Source: Candidatus Gastranaerophilales bacterium
Lineage (GTDB): Bacteria; Cyanobacteriota; Vampirovibrionia; Gastranaerophilales; Gastranaerophilaceae
NCBI GenBank assembly: GCA_900769645.1
Contig: CAAGHI010000063.1
Location: 83,379-147,378 of the forward strand
Length of the DNA stretch: 64,000 bases
Direction: 5' to 3'
The translations under genes and the position numbers were made by a program. Positions 57,906 to 64,000 of this stretch are shown piece after piece (positions within the stretch are counted from its first letter, which is position 1; each line of letters opens with the position of its first letter). Under the pieces are notes generated by a model. That model had not been told where the DNA came from and ran no database searches. It saw only the letters and a program-made list of their open reading frames with translations.

Positions 57906-60012
57906 AAGGCGCTAACTCACTAATTCTTGTTTTGGCATATTTTGAATAATCGTCGTCCTCAGAATATGTTGCAGTGAAAGCTTTGTAGTATGACATTGCA
58001 TTTTTATACTGTTCTAACATATCGTAGTCAACCCCGATTAAGTAGTTTACAATTGCTAAATCAGGATTGCTTGCGACAGCTTTTTTATAATCTGCGATTG
58101 CCTCATTGTATTTCTTTTGGGTATCATAAATCATGCCGCGATAGTACAAAGCATAAGTATTTTTACTGTCTTTGGCTAAAATTTGATTTAGAAGAGCCAA
58201 GCTTTCAGAGTATTTTTCGCTATCAAAAAGCGCTATTGCTTTATCTAAGTTTTGAGCTTCAATATTATCCGCAATACTTTTCAATAATTCTTGCGCTTGT
58301 TTGTTTGTTTTGTTCAAAGTAAGCGATTTTTCGGCAAAAATTTTGGCATTTTCCATATCTTCTTTATCTGCATACAAAGACGCAATATAAAAAGCAATAT
58401 CAGAATTAGTCGGTGCAAGACTCAATGCCTGTTTGTAATATTCGATAGCTTTATCTGTATCATTCAAATTTTGATAAGCTGATGCAACTCCAAGCATTGT
58501 ATCTGCTGTAGCCGGTGTGATTTTCAGGTATTCGTTAATTGCATTTTGGTAGTCTTTATTGTTGTAATAAGTTGATGCAAGTTCAAGTTTTTCATCTGTA
58601 GCTTGCGCTTTTATTGATGCTTCTGCTTCTGTAATTTGAGAATTATTTTGGAATTTTGTTTTTGCAGTATTTAATGTTGCCAAAGCAGCGTCATAATTTT
58701 TGTTTTGACCTTGAGCAATTGCAAGGTTTACATAAGCTTCTGAGTTTGTAGAATCAAGTTTTATAACTTCATTATATAAATTTATAGCATCAGCCAGCTT
58801 ATCTTGCTTGTGTAAATCCAGTGCGTAGTTATATAACAAATCTGCTGCTGTGTCCGGATTGTTTTTCTTTACATACTCCGTAAACTGAGCAACTGTCATA
58901 GTGCTTTTTAGCATATCCACAACACTTGCTTGTGCTGCTTCATTGTTAGGTTCAAGTGTCATAACTTTTTTGTAAAGCTCAAGTGCACCTTTCTTATCTC
59001 CCGTTGAGGCAAGTGATTGAGCCTTGTACAAATTTGCCTGAACATTATCAGGATTTGTTATTAAAATAGAATCGTAAGCCGCAATTGCAGTTTTGTAATC
59101 CCCCTTTTGCTGATACAAAGTGCCGGTATTCAATCTTGTATTCGTGTTTGAAGGATCAAGATATTCTGATTTTGAGTAATATCTCAACGCCTCATCAAAA
59201 TTGCCTTCCTTCTGCATAATTGCACCAAGGTTTGCTGTTATAGAGGCATCATTTGGAGAATCTTCAAGTTTGCGCTTATAAATTCTTTCTAATGAGTACA
59301 AAATATCTTTGTTATCTGTGGTTTTTGACAAAATAAAGTTGTATTCTTCAACCGCAGCCTCTTCTTGTCCCAATTTATCCAACATGTTCGCGTAAGAAAG
59401 TCGCAACTGTATATCATTTGGCGCAACAGAAACCGCTTTTCTGTAATATTCAACCGCTTTATTGTCGTTTCCTAGAAGTTTCATAATGTCGCCTGTTTGT
59501 TGAAAACTTTCTTTAAGCAAGCTTGTATCTGATAGTGCCTGATTGAATTCATACGCAGCTGCAGCAAAATTACCTTCTGCGCGGAGTTGTTTTGCAGTAT
59601 TGAAGCGATTTTGAGCAGATGTGTCAAATTTTATTTCATTTAAACATTGGTTAAGGTTTGATGTAACCTGGACAATTGCCTGAGAAGAGTTTTTAACCTG
59701 ATTGGCATTTGGATAATAAACAAGGTAGAAAAGAGCTGCACGATAATCTTCAGCAGCCTTTTGGTAGTCCTTATCATTGTTTGCATAATAGGTTCCTCGA
59801 GCCAAATATGAATTTACAAGTCCAATTCTTGCGGAATTGTCAAGATAGTTTATTTTTAATGCGCTTTTAAATTCTGTAATTGCTCCAGAATATTGGTAGT
59901 TTGAAAGATACTGTTGACCAAGGTCAAAATGCTCTTTAAAACCTGCAAAACAAGGAGTTACAGACGCTAGCCCCAGAGTTAATACACATGCTAATTTTAG
60001 AAATTTATCCAT
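57895..60012 (-). CDS. Secreted TPR-repeat protein
   Basis: Signal peptide MDKFLKLACVLTLGLASVTPCFA; >12 TPR-like repeats; 705 aa. Confidence 0.6.
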   Translation of the reverse strand: MDKFLKLACVLTLGLASVTPCFAGFKEHFDLGQQYLSNYQYSGAITEFKSALKINYLDNSARIGLVNSYLARGTYYANNDKDYQKAAEDYRAALFYLVYYPNANQVKNSSQAIVQVTSNLNQCLNEIKFDTSAQNRFNTAKQLRAEGNFAAAAYEFNQALSDTSLLKESFQQTGDIMKLLGNDNKAVEYYRKAVSVAPNDIQLRLSYANMLDKLGQEEAAVEEYNFILSKTTDNKDILYSLERIYKRKLEDSPNDASITANLGAIMQKEGNFDEALRYYSKSEYLDPSNTNTRLNTGTLYQQKGDYKTAIAAYDSILITNPDNVQANLYKAQSLASTGDKKGALELYKKVMTLEPNNEAAQASVVDMLKSTMTVAQFTEYVKKNNPDTAADLLYNYALDLHKQDKLADAINLYNEVIKLDSTNSEAYVNLAIAQGQNKNYDAALATLNTAKTKFQNNSQITEAEASIKAQATDEKLELASTYYNNKDYQNAINEYLKITPATADTMLGVASAYQNLNDTDKAIEYYKQALSLAPTNSDIAFYIASLYADKEDMENAKIFAEKSLTLNKTNKQAQELLKSIADNIEAQNLDKAIALFDSEKYSESLALLNQILAKDSKNTYALYYRGMIYDTQKKYNEAIADYKKAVASNPDLAIVNYLIGVDYDMLEQYKNAMSYYKAFTATYSEDDDYSKYAKTRISELAPYVK

Positions 60013-60156
60013 AAATATCCCTCTTCACAACAATTTTAATGATTATATTATTGCATGAAAATCCACATTTTACTATATATTGTAACAAAAAAGAGTCGAA
60101 TTAAATAATAATCGGCTCTGTAAAAATGATTTTAAAGTAGTAGTAGGTTAGTTTAA

Positions 60157-60303
60157 TTAGTCAAAATCTGTTTTTGATACAAAATTCATAACGTCATCAA
60201 ATAAAATTTGTATTGGTAGTGTCATATCGAATTGTAAATATTCTCCGTTGTTCAAATCAAGAAAAACTTCTGTTTCTCTGTTTTCTTCTTTTAAGTCTGC
60301 CAT
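60157..60303 (-). CDS. 48-aa acidic hypothetical protein (MADLKEENRETEVFLDLNNGEYLQFDMTLPIQILFDDVMNFVSKTDFD)
   Basis: AAGGAG RBS 9 nt upstream of the ATG. Confidence 0.3.
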   Translation of the reverse strand: MADLKEENRETEVFLDLNNGEYLQFDMTLPIQILFDDVMNFVSKTDFD

Positions 60304-60540
60304 ACATAACTCCTTATTTTTATTCAAGTCCCGTCGCTTACAAATTATGTATCGGCATATTTTTCAAAAACTTTAATCGCTTGTTTGGTATGAATTTGGA
60401 AAACACAGAACAGGTGAACGTTTCGGGGAGAAAAATTCGAATTTACATTTTGTTACAATGTTTTTATTCGCTAAAATGTGCTAAAAATCTTCTTTTGTGC
60501 TAGTATAACAAATGTAAAGACTAATATAGGAGATAAAACA

Positions 60541-61080
60541 ATAGCTTACAACGACAATAGAAACAATCGCAATCAGGCGATTATGAATGAAAGAATTCGC
60601 TCACGAGAAGTGAGATTAATTGATCAAAACGGTGAAAATCAAGGTGTTATCGCAACATCAAAAGCTTTACAAATGGCTTATGATGCGGATTTGGATTTGG
60701 TTTTAATTAATCCTAATCAAGATCCTCCGGTTGCTAAAATCTTGAATTATGGTAAATATAAATACGAATTAGAGAAAAAAGCGAAAGAAGCAAAGAAAAA
60801 ACAACATACTGTTGATGTTAAAGAAATTAAAATTCGCTATAAGATTGACACTCATGACTATCAGGTCAGAATTAAAAGTTTAGAAAAATTTATTTCACAA
60901 GGTAACAAGGTAAAAATCGTTGTTATGTTGAGAGGTCGTGAAATGCAACACTCAAACTTGGCATTTGATTTGGCAAACAAATTTATGAAAGACATGGAAA
61001 ACATGCCTGTTGTTATTGAGAAAAAACCTCAACTTGAAGGTCGTAACGTTACTTTGTATGTGGCTCCGAGTGCTCAATAA
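60541..61080 (+). CDS. infC: Translation initiation factor IF-3, probable non-AUG (ATA) start. The alternative start is ATG 60585
   Basis: NERIRSREVRLIDQNGE…KKQHTVDVKEIKIRYKIDTHDYQVRIK…VMLRGREMQH; TAGGAGA RBS 9 nt before in-frame ATA 60541. Confidence 0.75.
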   Translation: MAYNDNRNNRNQAIMNERIRSREVRLIDQNGENQGVIATSKALQMAYDADLDLVLINPNQDPPVAKILNYGKYKYELEKKAKEAKKKQHTVDVKEIKIRYKIDTHDYQVRIKSLEKFISQGNKVKIVVMLRGREMQHSNLAFDLANKFMKDMENMPVVIEKKPQLEGRNVTLYVAPSAQ

Positions 61081-61279
61081 AAAAAAAGTTCTTGACTCTT
61101 AAAATTTAGTATGTACAATAATAAACGTGGCAATTGAATATTTGACTCCATTTACTCCAAAGAATATTTGTTGCCTCGCAAATTAAAAAACTTTTTGAGT
61201 TTATAGGTATCACTATTTTGCTCAAATGTGTATAAGAGGGACGTTTACGTTCCGAAAAGATTAAAACTTAATAAGATAT

Positions 61280-61352
61280 GCCGCAATAGCTCAGTTGGTA
61301 GAGCAAGGGACTGAAAATCCCTGTGTCCTTGGTTCAATTCCGAGTTGCGGCA
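61280..61352 (+). tRNA. tRNA-Phe (anticodon GAA)
   Basis: GCCGCAATAGCTCAGTTGGTAGAGCAAGGGACTGAAAATCCCTGTGTCCTTGGTTCAATTCCGAGTTGCGGCA; 73 nt cloverleaf. Confidence 0.9.
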
Positions 61353-61473
61353 TATTTTATTTTATATATGTTTTTTAGTTCAACTGCAACTCGGAAAGGA
61401 GCTGTCGCTCCAATTCCTTACCTCTCGAAAAACGTGACATTTAGTCACCTTTTTCTCGGCAGAGTGGCATATT

Positions 61474-62091
61474 TTACTCATTAACATAAGGAATTCGTTC
61501 TGTTAAAATGTCTAATGGATTTGATGAGTCTGATAATCTATTGAGTTTTGTATAATACAAATCAATTTTATCGGCTTTTATTTGGAGAAAATACTGTTTC
61601 AAGTCATCAGAAATCTTGTCATTTTGGCAAAAATTGTTTAACATCTTCAAAAAATCATTCATATTGTATTTTTCATACGCAATTGGTCTGTAATAATTTG
61701 CCAAATATTGTTGGTTATATTCGTATGGAAACGAAGATTTTGCTTTTAAGTCTTTATCTAAAACCGCCATAACACGCACTAGGTTAGTAAAACCTTGCGC
61801 ATTGTTAAAGTATTTTGAATTTTTCATCTCTAAAAAATCCTTGTTATTTTTGTAATTTTTATAAACATCTTCGGCATTTATATTACAAAAATCATTTCCA
61901 TATTTTGCAAGTAAATCAAGCTTATTTCGACTAAATAATAATTCATTTCGTTTTTTCGTGTTAAGAATGTGTCTTTCATCTGGCGCTAAATCAGGATAAA
62001 TTGCAGCGAGTTTAGAATTCAAATCTCCAGTTGGAAGCCCAATTTGTGGTGTCTGTGTTGATGTATAATTATATCCAATCGCTTGTATCAT
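61474..62091 (-). CDS. Hypothetical protein
   Basis: 205 aa ORF; no recognisable motif. Confidence 0.4.
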   Translation of the reverse strand: MIQAIGYNYTSTQTPQIGLPTGDLNSKLAAIYPDLAPDERHILNTKKRNELLFSRNKLDLLAKYGNDFCNINAEDVYKNYKNNKDFLEMKNSKYFNNAQGFTNLVRVMAVLDKDLKAKSSFPYEYNQQYLANYYRPIAYEKYNMNDFLKMLNNFCQNDKISDDLKQYFLQIKADKIDLYYTKLNRLSDSSNPLDILTERIPYVNE

Positions 62092-62325
62092 TTCTTTATC
62101 CTTTCTTTATATTACCCCCGTACAACGTAAATTAAACCTTTTCAAGTTTTATACAAAATCCTTAAACCATAAACAAAAAAGATTTTGCTAAATATAAAAA
62201 GTGCTTTAATAAATATTTACAAAATTAGGTGCTATTTGCTTTAAAATAACTACTTTTTTATTAATTAAATAAAAACACCGAGATATCACATGACATCTCG
62301 GTGTTTTCTGTTTTAAGCAACTTGC

Positions 62326-64000
62326 CTATTTAAGCAATTCACCAACAGCTTTGAATACTGACATACGAGTTGCAGCATCTTTTTCTGCTTTTTCGTATAG
62401 AGCTTCAGCTTCAGAAGGGTTAGTTTTCATCAATGATTTATAACGACCTTCTGATTTGATGAATTCTTGGAAGTTTCCTTTCGGATCTTTTGCGTCCCAA
62501 GTGAATGGAGCTTCTGGGTTTTCCGGATTGTATCTGTACAATGGGAAGTAACCAGCTTCAACTGCACGTTTTTGTTCAGTTTGAGTTTTGCTCATATCGA
62601 TACCGTGTGCAATACAAGGTGCATAAGCGAAGATGATTGATGGTCCATCATAAGCTTCTGCTTCTTGGAATGCTTTAAGAGTTTGAGCTCTGTCAGCGCC
62701 CAATGCAACTGATGCTACGTATACGTAACCATAAGACATGCTCATCAAGCCCATGTTTTTCTTGTAAGTTTTCTTACCACCTGTAGCAAACTTAGCAACA
62801 GCACCTGTAGGTGTTGATTTAGAAGCTTGACCACCAGTGTTAGAGTAAACTTCGGTATCAAGAACAAGAACATTAACGTTTTTGTTTTGAGCAAGTACGT
62901 GGTCGATTCCGCCGTAACCGATATCGTTAGCCCAACCGTCACCACCGATAATCCAAACTGATTTATCTGTGAAGTAGTCTTCAAGTTCTTTAACTTTAGC
63001 TAGGTTAGCGCAATCGCATTGAGCAGCGTATTTGTCGATAACTTCTTTAGCTTTAGCTTGAGCCTTGATAGCTTCATCAGTTTTTGAATTATCCCAGTGA
63101 GCCAAAGCGCCGTTGATAGCGTCTTTCAATTCAGCCGGAGCTTCTTCAGAAGCTAGAACTTTTTCAGCATAAGATTTCAAAGTAGCTCTGTTTTGTTCTA
63201 CTGCTAATCTCATACCAAAACCGAATTCAGCGTTGTCTTCGAACAATGAGTTAGCCCAAGCAGGTCCTCTACCGTCTTTGTTAGTTGTGTAAGGGATTGT
63301 TGGGAATGTACCTGAGTAGATTGATGAACAACCTGTTGCGTTAGCAACGATTGCATTTTCACCAAACAATTGAGAAACCAATTTAACGTAAGGTGTTTCA
63401 CCACAACCGGCACAAGCACCTGAGAATTCGAATAGAGGTTTTCTCAACATTGCACCTTTGATTGTTTTTGTAGTGTTTTTGCCCATTACGTTATCAGGCA
63501 ATTCGTCGAAGAATTTTTCGTTTACTGATTCGCAATTTTCTTCTTCTTTTTCGATTGTTGACCAAGTCAAAGCTGCTTTTTCAGGGTTTTTAGCCATAGG
63601 ACATTGATCCAAGCAAACTCCGCAACCTGTACAATCTTTACAGTAAACTTGAACTTTGAAGTGTTCACCGTTTGCATTTGGTTTAGCTTCTACTGTATTG
63701 AATGATTCAGGAGCATTTTTAAGGTCTTCTTTTTCAACCAATTTAGTTCTGATAGCTGCGTGTGGACATGCTGATGCACAAATACCACATTGAATACAGA
63801 ATTCTGAATTCCAGTGAGGAACACGAGGAGCAATTCCACGTTTTTCAAGACATGCTGTACCAGTTGGGATTACGCCATCAACTGACATTGCAGAAACAGG
63901 AATATCGTCGCCTTTCAAGTGCATTGAAGGTTTGATAATTGTTTTAGCAAATTCAGATGCGTCATCAGAAATAAGTTTTGGTTCTTCTGCAGCACAAACG
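62326..64000 (-). CDS. nifJ: Pyruvate:ferredoxin/flavodoxin oxidoreductase, C-terminal part; the gene continues past the window edge
   Basis: Two 4Fe-4S motifs CIQCGICASACP and CTGCGVCLDQCP; TPP-binding GGDGWANDIGYGG. Confidence 0.85.
   Translation of the reverse strand, partial: VCAAEEPKLISDDASEFAKTIIKPSMHLKGDDIPVSAMSVDGVIPTGTACLEKRGIAPRVPHWNSEFCIQCGICASACPHAAIRTKLVEKEDLKNAPESFNTVEAKPNANGEHFKVQVYCKDCTGCGVCLDQCPMAKNPEKAALTWSTIEKEEENCESVNEKFFDELPDNVMGKNTTKTIKGAMLRKPLFEFSGACAGCGETPYVKLVSQLFGENAIVANATGCSSIYSGTFPTIPYTTNKDGRGPAWANSLFEDNAEFGFGMRLAVEQNRATLKSYAEKVLASEEAPAELKDAINGALAHWDNSKTDEAIKAQAKAKEVIDKYAAQCDCANLAKVKELEDYFTDKSVWIIGGDGWANDIGYGGIDHVLAQNKNVNVLVLDTEVYSNTGGQASKSTPTGAVAKFATGGKKTYKKNMGLMSMSYGYVYVASVALGADRAQTLKAFQEAEAYDGPSIIFAYAPCIAHGIDMSKTQTEQKRAVEAGYFPLYRYNPENPEAPFTWDAKDPKGNFQEFIKSEGRYKSLMKTNPSEAEALYEKAEKDAATRMSVFKAVGELLK

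Noticed and set aside
60213-60503. 96-aa ORF upstream of infC
   Set aside because: No RBS; it overlaps the infC promoter/leader and the better-supported small minus-strand ORF at 60157-60303.
61395-61410. Inverted copy of the tRNA-Phe 3' acceptor arm (GCAACTCGG) 45 nt downstream of the tRNA
   Set aside because: Only 9 bp, and in inverted rather than direct orientation; insufficient to call an integration-site duplication.

Overview
The window is 64 kb of a low-GC bacterial chromosome that is rich in dispersed repeats. Several proteins look cyanobacteria-like (EF-Tu, IF-3, two CHASE2 sensors, a GS type I, a lone MlaE permease), but there are no photosynthesis genes; with PFOR, flavodoxin, ThyX and flagellar genes this suggests a non-photosynthetic cyanobacteria-related lineage. 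That placement is inference only.

Housekeeping genes that can be called with confidence are rimP-nusA, tuf, recG, panB, yvcK, pxpA, glnA, trmFO, thyX, rpmE, dusB, infC, eda-kdgK, tRNA-Leu(TAA), tRNA-Phe(GAA) and a partial PFOR at the 3' edge.

Five sets of features stand out.
- Three paralogous pilin-like genes carry a prepilin-type N-terminal domain, A|FTL(A/V)EVLITLGIIGVVAA. Each has a G10 homopolymer inside its leader, immediately downstream of a strong promoter, RBS and ATG. In all three the upstream ATG is out of frame with the pilin domain by one G (+1, -1, +1). The pilin frame has no start codon between the tract and the FTL motif in loci 2 and 3. These are the only G10 tracts in the window. 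This looks like a slipped-strand ON/OFF switch operating inside the leader peptide.
- A roughly 8.3 kb AT-rich glycan island (43.9 to 52.2 kb) opens with two tandem FimB/FimE-sized tyrosine recombinases (179 and 176 aa). Between them is a palindrome-dense spacer, and a G7 tract sits in the first recombinase's promoter. Downstream are a GT2 gene and a four-enzyme module that looks like an undescribed NDP-sugar pathway: RPE-family epimerase, PMI-type isomerase, HAD phosphatase and a fused nucleotidyltransferase/APH-type kinase.
- Two families of mosaic hairpin repeats are scattered through intergenic regions (GTCATTCTGAAAGCTTAGAA...TTCTTGCTATTCAGAATCT, and GACTTCGT hairpins). One copy is embedded in the leader of pilin-like gene 1. 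Inverted copies bracket a 5.2 kb block holding a patatin phospholipase, a GT-C-like membrane protein and a 708 aa protein.
- A second-messenger set is present: a CHASE2 adenylate cyclase, a CHASE2 GGDEF diguanylate cyclase, and a PilZ protein.
- A fliJ-fliK-flgE/G cluster lies downstream of a Tyr/Asn-rich secreted protein.
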